Below, one piece after another: positions 18,482 through 27,572 of a DNA stretch of 32,000 bases; the stretch's first letter is position 1; every line of letters starts with the position of its first letter. Where the stretch lies: positions 58,141 to 90,140 of the forward strand of contig JABLWW010000006.1 in assembly GCA_013178295.1 (NCBI GenBank), written 5' to 3'. This DNA is from Anaerolineae bacterium. GTDB lineage: Bacteria; Chloroflexota; Anaerolineae; Anaerolineales; Anaerolineaceae. The position numbers and the translations under genes were made by a program. Below the pieces are notes generated by a model. The model ran no database searches. It had not been told where the DNA came from and saw only the letters and a list, made by a program, of their open reading frames with translations.

Positions 18482-18754
18482 CCAATGCGCGACACGACTT
18501 CCCTCTCTCTGGCAGACAGGAGCAAGGTACAGACATCTGCCCAGTCGCTAACACATCACACCTCGCTGATCCAATGCGTCCAAGCCACCCCCTGCGTTTT
18601 CAGCGCGTTGACCAGCTTTTCGTCTGCGCTCTAGAGATCGGCGCTCAGCTGCTCGGCCAGCGCAATGCACTGTGCACTGTAGGCTTTGTTTTGCACCAAA
18701 CGCTCCGCCTGCGCAGGGCGGACTGCAAAATCTTAGAACACACACTTGGGTTTG

Positions 18755-19414
18755 TCAATTTCCCTTCATACGCGCATTCGTGCTTGTTCCATCCCAACGT
18801 AAGAGCGCTGTTCTTACCTCTTCATCAGCAATCTTTTCTACCTCTAGCAATTCTCTGAAACCAGGGTATTCCATGGCCGGGCGCACAACCTCTTCTGACA
18901 ATTCTGCTAGAATCTGAGCAAAGGGACGGTGTGTCTGGGAGGATATGATCCGTAGCATCTCGCGTGATGCAGCCTGTGGCTGGCGGCGGTGTGGTGGATA
19001 ACCACCCCCCATCTCTACGCTGAAAAATTGGTCAAAGATCATACGTAGGTTAACATCGCTTGCCCAACCGTAGCCCTGATTGAGCGCCAGTGAGAGACAG
19101 TTGCCAGCATTAATTTGGGCAAACAACCAGGCATCCAGCGGGCAGAGGATATGCCCGCATACCACGCCGGGGTATTGCATGACCGCGTTTAAAAACCCCT
19201 GCCCGGTACCACAACCGCCTACCACCAACTGAACTCGTCCCAGATTAAGCAGGATAGCAGCCATCAGTCCTGTATGAATGTACTGTAACTCGGGCTTCTC
19301 GCCATTCTTCTTCATTCCCACATTGATAATCTCATGTCCCCTGCCCTGCAACGCGGCAAGAATATCAGCATTACGATCAGCAGCGCTGGTTTCGTTAATC
19401 ACAGCTATTTTCAT
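18755..19414 (-). CDS. RpiB/LacA/LacB family sugar-phosphate isomerase
   Basis: MKIAVINETSAADRNADILAALQGRGHEIINVG start and LVVGGCGTGQGFLNAVMQYPGVVCGHILCPLDAWLFAQINAGNCLSLAL core. Track ORF begins at 19447, but the conserved N-terminus begins at 19414. Confidence 0.87.
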   Translation of the reverse strand: MKIAVINETSAADRNADILAALQGRGHEIINVGMKKNGEKPELQYIHTGLMAAILLNLGRVQLVVGGCGTGQGFLNAVMQYPGVVCGHILCPLDAWLFAQINAGNCLSLALNQGYGWASDVNLRMIFDQFFSVEMGGGYPPHRRQPQAASREMLRIISSQTHRPFAQILAELSEEVVRPAMEYPGFRELLEVEKIADEEVRTALLRWDGTSTNARMKGN

Positions 19415-19443
19415 ACTCGTTTTCCTCAAAACCTTCAACAAAC

Positions 19444-20421
19444 TCAAGCCGCCGATAAAGGCTTGCTGAATACACAGGCTTCTTTCTTCCGTAACACCTT
19501 TTCTGCTGCGTGGACAATATGTTCCACGCCCAGCCCCATATAGTCCATCAGGCTTTCGGGATCAAGCGCGGTGGGGGCAAAACTATCGGCAATGCCCACC
19601 CGCTCTACAGGTACAGGGCAGTTTTCGGCCAGGACTTCGGCAATTGCGCTGCCCAGCCCGCCAAAGATGGAATGCTCCTCGGCAGTAACAACAGCGCCTG
19701 TCTCTGCTGCCGCAAGGCAAACAGCTTCAGCATCTATCGGTTTGAGTGTATGGATTTCAATTAGTCGTGCTGAGATGCCACGCTGTGCTAACCTTTCAAC
19801 TGCTAGCAGACTGCGTCCTGTCATCGCACCTGTAGCAAAGATAGAAACGTCTCCCCCCTCCTGCAGAGTAATGGCTTTGCCAATCTGCACGTCCACGTTG
19901 GGTGAGTGGACTGGCAGGCTGTGTGCGCGGCTAATACGCAAATAGACTGGGCGGTCATATTCACCAAGCACAGACACCCAGCGGCGGATTTCGTTGTTGT
20001 CTGCGGGGACAATGACGGTCATGTTAGGCAAAGCGCGCATCACTGCCAGGTCAGTAATACAGTGATGGGTTGCACCGTCCTTGAAATCCGAGAGACCAGC
20101 GTAATGTCCTACCAATCTGACTGCAGTCTCGGCGTATGCAACACAAGTACGCACCTGTTCAGCAGCGCGCAGACACAAAAACGCAGCAAAGGCATTGACA
20201 AAAGGTACCCACCCCTCCAGAGCCAGTCCTACCCCAACGTCTACCATGCATGGCTCTGCAATTCCCAGATTGAAAAAGCGCTGAGGGTATTTGTTGGCAA
20301 AGAAATGGGTCAGGGTAGAAGAGGAGGTATCAGCATCTAGGACAACGAGGCGTGGGTTGAGCTCGCCATAATCCGCCAACGCACGTCCGTATGCTTCACG
20401 TTGCGGCATCTCATCTGTCAT
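19444..20421 (-). CDS. Transketolase, C-terminal subunit (split transketolase)
   Basis: FFNLGIAEPCMVDVGVGLALEGWVPFVNAFAAFL, THHCITDLAVMRALPNMTVIVPAD; ATG at 20421 (track 20439) is just after the partner gene stop. Confidence 0.9.
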   Translation of the reverse strand: MTDEMPQREAYGRALADYGELNPRLVVLDADTSSSTLTHFFANKYPQRFFNLGIAEPCMVDVGVGLALEGWVPFVNAFAAFLCLRAAEQVRTCVAYAETAVRLVGHYAGLSDFKDGATHHCITDLAVMRALPNMTVIVPADNNEIRRWVSVLGEYDRPVYLRISRAHSLPVHSPNVDVQIGKAITLQEGGDVSIFATGAMTGRSLLAVERLAQRGISARLIEIHTLKPIDAEAVCLAAAETGAVVTAEEHSIFGGLGSAIAEVLAENCPVPVERVGIADSFAPTALDPESLMDYMGLGVEHIVHAAEKVLRKKEACVFSKPLSAA

Positions 20422-20422
20422 A

Positions 20423-21262
20423 TCAGCCTTCCTTTCCAAGCAGCTCTGTCACAGCCTGCTCATATTGTTGCTGATTGGGAACAGCACCATGCCATTTTGC
20501 ATCATTTTCCATAAAGGAAACCCCTTTACCCTTGGTAGTATGGGCAATAATCATTGTTGGGCAATGGTGAATCTCCTCCGCTAAATCAAGTGCCTCAGCA
20601 ACTTGGCGTACATTGTGCCCATTAACCTCCAATACCTTCCAGCCAAATGAACGCCACCGCTCTGCCACAGGTTCAAGAGGCATAATTTCATGTACTGCCC
20701 CATCCAATTGAACATCGTTGTAATCCAGGATAGCAGTCAGGTTTGCCAGACGGTACTTTGCGGCTACGGAGGCAGCTTCCCAAACAATGCCTGCCTGCAT
20801 TTCGCCATCCCCAAGCAGAACATAGACGCGGCAGGTTCGACTGTCGAGCCGCAGCCCCATCGCTACCCCTGTAGCTACTGCCAGCCCATGCCCCAGCGGC
20901 CCAGCGCTCATCTCCACCCCGGGCGTCTTGAGGCGGTCGGGATGTCCTTGTAACGAGCAATCCAACCTACCCCAGCTGGTAAGCTCCTCGCGTGGAAAAA
21001 AACCTCGTTTTGCCAGAGCAGCATATAGAATTGCTGAGGCATGCCCCTTGCTCAAGAAGAAACGATCGCGCCCTTGCCAATGTGAATTTTGCGGATCGAG
21101 ACGCAATTTATGAAAGAACAACACGGCGAGAATCTCGGCTGCTGATAGCGCCCCTCCGGGGTGCCCCGATTGACGACGGTAAATCATCTCCAGACTTTCA
21201 ATACGCAGCTGACGAGCAATGCTCTCAAGTTCAATAATTCTGTTTTCAGTCAAATAATTCAT
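20423..21262 (-). CDS. Transketolase, N-terminal (ThDP-binding) subunit (split transketolase)
   Basis: SGHPGGALSAAEILAVLFF, SKGHASAILYAALA, SAGPLGHGLAVATGVAMG, LLGDGEMQAGIVWEAA...LDYNDVQLDG. Confidence 0.94.
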   Translation of the reverse strand: MNYLTENRIIELESIARQLRIESLEMIYRRQSGHPGGALSAAEILAVLFFHKLRLDPQNSHWQGRDRFFLSKGHASAILYAALAKRGFFPREELTSWGRLDCSLQGHPDRLKTPGVEMSAGPLGHGLAVATGVAMGLRLDSRTCRVYVLLGDGEMQAGIVWEAASVAAKYRLANLTAILDYNDVQLDGAVHEIMPLEPVAERWRSFGWKVLEVNGHNVRQVAEALDLAEEIHHCPTMIIAHTTKGKGVSFMENDAKWHGAVPNQQQYEQAVTELLGKEG

Positions 21263-22341
21263 TTTCTGTCTATCTTTACTGCTTTTTGGTTCAAAACAAT
21301 TTCATGATTGACCGCAGCGGACTGGTGAGCGGCAATGGAAAACTCAAGAACATTGCGTGCGGTGCGTCCATCCAGTTTTGCTGTCCCACCATTTGCCAGC
21401 ACATCGAGCAGATGGCGTGTGCAGTCAATAAAGCTGTCATGCCATTCATAGCGGTCAACGTGCACTTCGGTTGTTTTACCATCGCGGAAAAGAACCAATG
21501 GTGGATAGTCCAGTGTCTTTGCTGTGCAACGATTGATAATGAGGATACCGCGGTCGCCAATAATTTCGGCGCGGTCATCATCAGAATAGTAGATGCTATC
21601 CATTACCAGGTTAGGAGTGTGGGCAAAATCGAGTATGCCATACTTGCGGCTGCCTTGGAACTGAAACATAATCACTGCTGGGGCATCCAGGTAAATGCCT
21701 GGACGCACCATACTGCGGTCCATCCAGGCATGGACACGTTTGACCGGGCCCATCAAGTCATACGCCAGCGAAAACAGGTGGTACCCATGGTCAAAAATCA
21801 GTGGCCCCCCACCGCTTAACTTTTCATTGAAACGCCACGCCCATGCCGAGAGTGGCACCTTCCACTCTGTCTTGCTTTTACCAGTACTAACATGCATCCG
21901 CAACATTTGCGGCTCACCAATTTCACCAGCTTGTAACATCTCGCGCGCCTTAACATGCGGAGGGTAAAAAACAAAGTTTTCATAGACGCGGAAGACTTTC
22001 TTGCTCTCCTCAGCGGCGGCAATCATCTCATCAGCCTCTTGCAGGGTCAGTGCCATGGGTTTCTGTAGCGAGACATGCTTACCTGCTCGCAACGCTTGAA
22101 TGGTCATATGACAATGAAGATGATGCGGAACAAGCAACTCTACCAAATCAATCTCAGCATCACCAAGTACATCCTCGAAATGCTGATACACTTTGGGCAC
22201 TTGCCAAGCGCTGGCTTTTTGCTTTGCCCGGCGCAGGTCGGTATCACAAACAGCAAGGATGCGAGCATCCTCACGTCCTTGATAACCCAGTTGATGCAGA
22301 TCGGAGATGCGCCCACAGCCTACAAATGCTACATTAATCAC
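21259..22341 (-). CDS. Gfo/Idh/MocA family oxidoreductase
   Basis: VAFVGCGRISDLHQLGY Rossmann start, GKHVSLQKPMALTLQEADEMI with catalytic-type Lys, GGGPLIFDHGYHLFSLAYDLMG. Confidence 0.92.
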   Translation of the reverse strand: MINVAFVGCGRISDLHQLGYQGREDARILAVCDTDLRRAKQKASAWQVPKVYQHFEDVLGDAEIDLVELLVPHHLHCHMTIQALRAGKHVSLQKPMALTLQEADEMIAAAEESKKVFRVYENFVFYPPHVKAREMLQAGEIGEPQMLRMHVSTGKSKTEWKVPLSAWAWRFNEKLSGGGPLIFDHGYHLFSLAYDLMGPVKRVHAWMDRSMVRPGIYLDAPAVIMFQFQGSRKYGILDFAHTPNLVMDSIYYSDDDRAEIIGDRGILIINRCTAKTLDYPPLVLFRDGKTTEVHVDRYEWHDSFIDCTRHLLDVLANGGTAKLDGRTARNVLEFSIAAHQSAAVNHEIVLNQKAVKIDRK

Positions 22342-22378
22342 CTGTTTCTCCTTTCAGCCACAAAAAGGCAAGAAAATC

Positions 22379-23761
22379 CTAAGCATTGGCATCCTGATAC
22401 TCCTCTACTTGTTTGGCGCGCAGTCTCATACGCACGCTAAGATGGGTTTTACGATTAATGGGATGCCAAATCAACAGTGGCAGGACAAGCAAAATAAACA
22501 GTGCTGGTAGCGGACCAAAGAATAAGCGGATGCCAAACAGCGTGTCAGCACTCTGTTCAATATTGGGAATATATCCGAAAAGCGCTAACAACCAGCCGCT
22601 GCCAGCAATGGCGATAGCTTCTGAGATTTTGGTTATTACTCCCCAAATGCCGAAGTACATCCCGCTGCGATACTCGCCTGTTTCTACCCTGTCAAAATCT
22701 ACTATGTCAGGGATCATTGACCAGGGAAAGACCCAGTTGGAAGCAAAGCCAACCCCTGCAACAACAGCAATAGCATAAATCAACGGCGTAGAAGAATGGG
22801 GTAGAAAAAAGCTGCTTCCGACTGCCAATGCCCCAATTGCCATTCCCAGAGCGTATGCTGGCCCTTTATCCCACTTTTCAGAGAGCTTTTTCCACCCAAA
22901 CAGACTAAGAGCGACCACAAGCAGTAACAAACCCATCACCAGCGGTACTTGCTTTTCCATACCCAGTTGGTAAGTAAGGAAATACGCCATCAGTGTCTTG
23001 ATCAGGGCGAATGAGAGATTCATGACCAGATAGGCAACCATCAAGCGTACAAAGGGCTTATTCTGGAAAGAGTGCTTCAGTGCCTTCCACACAGACAGTG
23101 ATGAGATGTTTTCGGCAATATCAGCTTTCTCACGCAGACCGGAAGCTGAGATAAGCAAAGCCGCAGAAGCAATGACGCCGTATAGAACTCCAATGAAACC
23201 GTAACCGCTGTATTTGCTGGCAAATAATCCAACAATGGCAGGGGTAAGTGCTGCCCCTACCAGGTAAGCTGGTACAGCCAGTGTCATGCGCAAAGAGGTC
23301 AAGCTCGAACGCTCATCATAATCTTCTGTTAGTTCGGAAGAAAGCGAATAGTAAGGGACGTTGGTAAACGTCCATAGTGTATCAAATACAATAAAAGTCA
23401 GCGCTACCCACAGAAAGATACCCAACCCGCTCAAGCCGCGCGGCACAAACCATAGCAGCATAATGCTGATCCCTAGCGGAATAGCGCCGAAAATCATAAA
23501 AACTCGTCGTTTTCCAAAGCGTTTAGAAGTCGTGCGGTCAGAGAACCACCCTAACAGTGGGTCGTTGACGGCATCCCAAATTTTGCCCAATAACAGGGCA
23601 CTACCGACCAACGCCGGTGGCAACAGCGCACCATCGGTGTAGTAAATCAAAAGAAAGAACTGTATTGACGAGTTGACAATAGCATTACCCACATCGCCAA
23701 TACCGTAGAACAACTTGGTCTTAAGTGATAACTTATCCTCCTGCAGCGTTGCGATGCTCAT
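22379..23761 (-). CDS. Glycoside-pentoside-hexuronide (GPH)-type MFS sugar:cation symporter
   Basis: LFYGIGDVGNAIVNSSIQFFLLIYYTD, GKIWDAVNDPLLGWFSDRT...GKRRVFMIFGAIPLGI; ATG at 23761 preceded by GAGAAGG. The track start 23872 overlaps the neighbouring gene. Confidence 0.92.
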   Translation of the reverse strand: MSIATLQEDKLSLKTKLFYGIGDVGNAIVNSSIQFFLLIYYTDGALLPPALVGSALLLGKIWDAVNDPLLGWFSDRTTSKRFGKRRVFMIFGAIPLGISIMLLWFVPRGLSGLGIFLWVALTFIVFDTLWTFTNVPYYSLSSELTEDYDERSSLTSLRMTLAVPAYLVGAALTPAIVGLFASKYSGYGFIGVLYGVIASAALLISASGLREKADIAENISSLSVWKALKHSFQNKPFVRLMVAYLVMNLSFALIKTLMAYFLTYQLGMEKQVPLVMGLLLLVVALSLFGWKKLSEKWDKGPAYALGMAIGALAVGSSFFLPHSSTPLIYAIAVVAGVGFASNWVFPWSMIPDIVDFDRVETGEYRSGMYFGIWGVITKISEAIAIAGSGWLLALFGYIPNIEQSADTLFGIRLFFGPLPALFILLVLPLLIWHPINRKTHLSVRMRLRAKQVEEYQDANA

Positions 23762-23771
23762 GCCTTCTCTC

Positions 23772-25661
23772 TTATAAACCGATCTGATGTCGGATGCGTT
23801 GTGTCTCTTCCGACCAGTTGCCAACGTTCCAGCGTCCAAATGCCCCCAGCCCCCCCATCTCATGTGTACCATAATAGACTGGTAAATGGATTAATGATAA
23901 ACCATTATACTGTCGGGCTGTCTCCAGGGCAGAAAGCAGTGAGGCGGTAGTGTACCCGCCATGAAGTGCTTGGATACCCTTGATCGCCTTACCCCAGGCA
24001 ACGTAGTCCACTTCAACTGTATCATTCGTGGCAAAGTCGTGCCCATATTGCGCCACTTGCAGAGCAGAGATGGCAGACATACGACGATTGTCAAGAATGA
24101 GAATGCAACCGCGTGCACCATGCTGGACACCGTCAATAAGAATCTGTGGGTTCATAGTAAAGGATCCGTCGCCGCTGATCGCCAGAGCGTAGAAGGGTTG
24201 GGTGGCAATGCCGCTTGCCAGGACAGCAGAAGCCGCAAACCCCATATAAGAGGCGCCGCCGTCGGTGAAGGTTTGCCCAAGGCACTCATCCTCGACGATT
24301 TGAAAACCGTGCGCTTGTACATCGCCAGCATCAAAGAATGTTACCACTCGGTTTGTGCGCGCCCAATCTGTGGCAACCTTGATGGCTGCAGGTTGCGTAA
24401 GTACCTCTCTTCCCCAAGTCTCATCAAAAAGGGTAGGGTGACGATAGCGTTGTGCTTTGTAATCTTCCCAATCTCTACGCCGGGAACTACACTCTTTCAG
24501 CCATACAGCGCCACTCTCTCCCGATCGTTTCCCACCCTGCTGCAAAAGTTTGTTGAGCTTTTGCAGGGTGGGTCCAGCATCGCCCATCAGCCCAATTGTC
24601 TTGCCATAGTGTGTAACGGCATGGCTATCGGTGTTGATATTGATGACGCATTGCACATTTGGATAACCGGTTCGTGAACAGTCCGACTGGCAAACAAAGC
24701 GGGTGCCAACTGCTACCAGGAGATCAGCCTGTTCCATAGCAAAGTTACCGCATATTGAGCCCTTTGAGCCACCGACGCACATATTGCGTGGGTGGTGATA
24801 AGGAATAATACCGGAAACAACCGGCGCGGTAACGGCCACAGCATCTGTCAGCTCGAGGAATTCCAACAATTCCTGCCCCGCTTTGCGTGCACCACCGCCT
24901 ACTTTAACCACAATACGCTTCGCGGACCGCAACGCGTCAACGGCTTGCAGATAATTGTCATCATCTGCAGCAGCTCCATAACGTGGCGGTATACCCTCAG
25001 GAAGCTCATCCAGGTTAAAATCCTCCATCATCAGGGGCTGAACATTCATGGGCAACAACAGAAAAAACGGCCCAGCGTTGTGAGGATGATCCACCGTGGT
25101 CAGCCCCCGCCGCAGTGCAGTGGGCAGGGCAAGCGGGGTATGCAGGGTGTATGCTGCTCCCATCTGTGTAAACAGCCTGAGAAAGCCAGCCTGATCTGGG
25201 CGTGGGATTTGTTGAAAATTTGGTCCCTCATCTTCACTGGTCTCATCACCAAACAGATACCACACACCAACGCGGTTCGATGCTGAAGTAAGTGAAGCCG
25301 CTAATGCTTGCAGTGGACCCGGTCCAATAGAAGCAACTACTGCTGCCTTCTCATTGCGCACCCAGCGCAGGGCAACTGCAGCGTGTGAAGCTTCGATTTC
25401 ACTCCGCACGGCATATACCTGCACTAATCCAGCCTGTTGGTAAATGCGCAGCACTTCGCCAATCTCAGTACTACCGTGCCCTAGAACCACAATATATTTT
25501 TGAACTCCCTGTAACAACAACCCAAGAATAAGCGCTTCAGATACGCTCAAATTGATATGATGTGGTAACGCGCCTGTCTGTCGAGCAGCACAAATACCGC
25601 CAGCGGCAGCAATGGCAACAGCGCGTGCGTGACGTTCTTGTTGTAGCTGCCCGGCGTTCAT
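23772..25661 (-). CDS. ThDP-dependent enzyme, IolD-like / acetolactate-synthase-like
   Basis: VRSEIEASHAAVAL (activating Glu region), ASIGPGPLQALAASL, ThDP motif SGDGSFTMNPQILIDGVQHGARGCILILDNRRMSAI; C-terminus resembles 3D-(3,5/4)-trihydroxycyclohexane-1,2-dione hydrolase. Confidence 0.82.
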   Translation of the reverse strand: MNAGQLQQERHARAVAIAAAGGICAARQTGALPHHINLSVSEALILGLLLQGVQKYIVVLGHGSTEIGEVLRIYQQAGLVQVYAVRSEIEASHAAVALRWVRNEKAAVVASIGPGPLQALAASLTSASNRVGVWYLFGDETSEDEGPNFQQIPRPDQAGFLRLFTQMGAAYTLHTPLALPTALRRGLTTVDHPHNAGPFFLLLPMNVQPLMMEDFNLDELPEGIPPRYGAAADDDNYLQAVDALRSAKRIVVKVGGGARKAGQELLEFLELTDAVAVTAPVVSGIIPYHHPRNMCVGGSKGSICGNFAMEQADLLVAVGTRFVCQSDCSRTGYPNVQCVININTDSHAVTHYGKTIGLMGDAGPTLQKLNKLLQQGGKRSGESGAVWLKECSSRRRDWEDYKAQRYRHPTLFDETWGREVLTQPAAIKVATDWARTNRVVTFFDAGDVQAHGFQIVEDECLGQTFTDGGASYMGFAASAVLASGIATQPFYALAISGDGSFTMNPQILIDGVQHGARGCILILDNRRMSAISALQVAQYGHDFATNDTVEVDYVAWGKAIKGIQALHGGYTTASLLSALETARQYNGLSLIHLPVYYGTHEMGGLGAFGRWNVGNWSEETQRIRHQIGL

Positions 25662-25730
25662 GAATCACCCCCCACATCATAAAAAGAAGATAGGTACATT
25701 GGCTCTCCTTGATACACTGGATTGCATCAT

Positions 25731-25759
25731 ATTATACAACTATATTTTATTTATGTCAA
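25731..25759 (-). promoter_or_regulatory. Perfect-consensus sigma70 promoter for operon B
   Basis: Minus strand reads TTGACA, 17 bp, TATAAT (plus strand TGTCAA at 25754-25759 and ATTATA at about 25731-25736). Confidence 0.8.
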
Positions 25760-25817
25760 CAAAAACAAGCCAAAAGAGAATTAACCCCCTCTTTTTTACT
25801 TGTTTTTCTTCATATAG

Positions 25818-25846
25818 TTGACATTTATACAATTATGTTGTATAAT
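25818..25846 (+). promoter_or_regulatory. Perfect-consensus sigma70 promoter for operon C
   Basis: TTGACA (25818-25823), 17 bp spacer, TATAAT (25841-25846). Confidence 0.85.
25826..25844. promoter_or_regulatory. Operator-like inverted repeat TATACAA-ttatg-TTGTATA within the operon C promoter
   Basis: Perfect 7-bp arms with 5-bp spacer overlapping the -10 box; the related string ATTATACAAC overlaps the -10 box of the opposing promoter. Confidence 0.6.
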
Positions 25847-26065
25847 GTGTGCGTAATCCTTGTTTCACCCATTAAAATCCCCGGGTAAAACTGTTTTTAG
25901 TTCATTATTGACGTCTATACGGGTTTATGTTGTGTTAACGTCAACGTTGTAGCAAATGAGTATGGTTTCAGAGGAGGTGAAACGCTAAGAAATCAGGAAG
26001 GATATTCCCCAAAAAGCATCTGTTCACATTCAAGATCAGCAACTATTTTAGAAGGAGAGATTGAG

Positions 26066-27442
26066 GTGAGAAAAAATACTTGGAAGTTTGTAAGCTTGTT
26101 TGTCGTCGCGTTGATGCTGTTCGGCGCGTGTACACCTGCGGTAACTCCAGCTCCGACAGAGCCTGCGGCTCCTGCTGAGCAGCCTGCTGCCCCACCCGCT
26201 CCGCCTGCCGAGCCCACTAAGGCACCTGAATCCCCACCCACAGCGCCCGCCGCGTCTGAAGCCAGCGTTACTGTCGTTCACTACTTCAGTGATACATTGG
26301 GCAAGGAGACAGTTACCAAAATCTTTGACAGTTTCACCAAAGAAAGCGGTATCAAGGTAATTGACAATACCACTGGTCATGAGGATTTTAAAGCTCAGAT
26401 CCTGGTCATGTTAGCTGGCGACAACCCTCCCGACCTGTTCTCCTACTGGGCTGGGGCGCGTGTCCAGTTTGTGGTGGACAGTGATCGGCTCGAACCCATT
26501 GACGACATGTGGGCAAGCGAAGGTTTGGACGAGGTTATTCCCCCAGCAGTGGTAAAGGGCTCCATTTATAACGGCAAAAAATACTTGGTGCCCTTTGGCT
26601 ATCACTATGCTGCTCTCTTTTATAACCCCAAGGTGATGCAGCAAGTAGGAATTACGGAGTTCCCCACTGACTGGGAAGGTTTCCTGGCAATGTGCGAAAA
26701 GATCAAGGCTGCAGGTGTGACACCCATTGCTTTGGGTTCTATGAACCGCTGGCCAGCACAATTCTGGTTTGACTACCTGCTTCTGCGTACCGCGGGGCCT
26801 GAATATCGCGCCAAGCTGATGGCTGGGCAGGCAGCTTACACCGACCCTGAGGTGCAAAAAGTAATGGAGATGTGGAAGGAACTGGTTGATAAGGGTTACT
26901 TCGTCAAAGATGCCAATGCCTACGATTGGACTGACGCCTCAGATCAGGTTGCCAATGGCAAAGCTGCTATGACTCTTATGGGCACCTGGATCACTGGTTA
27001 TTGGAATGGAAATGGTCTCAAACCAGTAGATGACTACGACTTCTTCCCCTTCCCAACAATTGAAAAGGGTGTGCCGAACGCCGTTGTTGGCCCTGTGGAC
27101 GGCTGGGTAATGTCAGCAGGCGCTAAAGACAAAGAGGCCTCCAAAAAGCTGATGACCTTTTTGGTCAAAAACACCGATGCATCTGCTACATGGGCAAAGG
27201 GGCAGGGAGCACTTTCCCCGAACAAAAATACCGATCCTTCCATCTACACTGCGGTGATGACCAAAGCCTCAGCCGAAGTTGCCAAAGCAGAAGTATTTGC
27301 CTTCAACTATGACTTGGCAACCACTCCGCCAATGGCAGAGGGTGGCTTGAATATGTTCGCCCAGTTTATGAATGACCCCTCCAAGTACCAGGATTACCTG
27401 GTCGAAACAGAAAACGTTGCCAAAGAGGTCTTCAAGAAATAA
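26066..27442 (+). CDS. CUT1-family ABC transporter extracellular solute-binding protein (lipoprotein)
   Basis: GTG start after GAAGGAGAG; lipobox MLFGAC; Pro/Ala-rich linker; VTVVHYFSD...DIFTKESGIKV, PPDLFSYWAG, NGKKYLVPFGYHYAALFYNPKV, GKAAMTLMGTWITGYW. Confidence 0.95.
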   Translation: MRKNTWKFVSLFVVALMLFGACTPAVTPAPTEPAAPAEQPAAPPAPPAEPTKAPESPPTAPAASEASVTVVHYFSDTLGKETVTKIFDSFTKESGIKVIDNTTGHEDFKAQILVMLAGDNPPDLFSYWAGARVQFVVDSDRLEPIDDMWASEGLDEVIPPAVVKGSIYNGKKYLVPFGYHYAALFYNPKVMQQVGITEFPTDWEGFLAMCEKIKAAGVTPIALGSMNRWPAQFWFDYLLLRTAGPEYRAKLMAGQAAYTDPEVQKVMEMWKELVDKGYFVKDANAYDWTDASDQVANGKAAMTLMGTWITGYWNGNGLKPVDDYDFFPFPTIEKGVPNAVVGPVDGWVMSAGAKDKEASKKLMTFLVKNTDASATWAKGQGALSPNKNTDPSIYTAVMTKASAEVAKAEVFAFNYDLATTPPMAEGGLNMFAQFMNDPSKYQDYLVETENVAKEVFKK

Positions 27443-27459
27443 CACTGTGTAAGGGGATG

Positions 27460-27492
27460 GGCACATGACGGCACCAAGTGCCGTCATGTGCC
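27460..27492 (+). other. 15-bp perfect inverted repeat after the binding-protein gene (attenuator/mRNA-stabilising stem)
   Basis: GGCACATGACGGCAC, 3-nt loop CAA, GTGCCGTCATGTGCC; no following T-tract. Confidence 0.85.
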
Positions 27493-27572
27493 GTTGGCTT
27501 ATGTTGAAGATTTTTCATCAACACACATGTCGTTATATAATAACAACTAGCAACAAATAAAAAGCTTTTGGC

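Noticed and set aside
18548-18917. Small ORFs on both strands in and around the convergent gap
   Set aside because: Short, Cys/Arg-rich translations, no SD and no recognisable domain; not supportable as genes.
23762-23872. N-terminal extension of the GPH transporter ORF
   Set aside because: Overlaps the upstream ThDP gene by about 100 bp and has atypical composition; ATG at 23761 has an SD-like GAGAAGG and starts the conserved protein.
23961-24677. Plus-strand 238 aa ORF
   Set aside because: Antisense to the IolD-like ThDP gene; shadow ORF.
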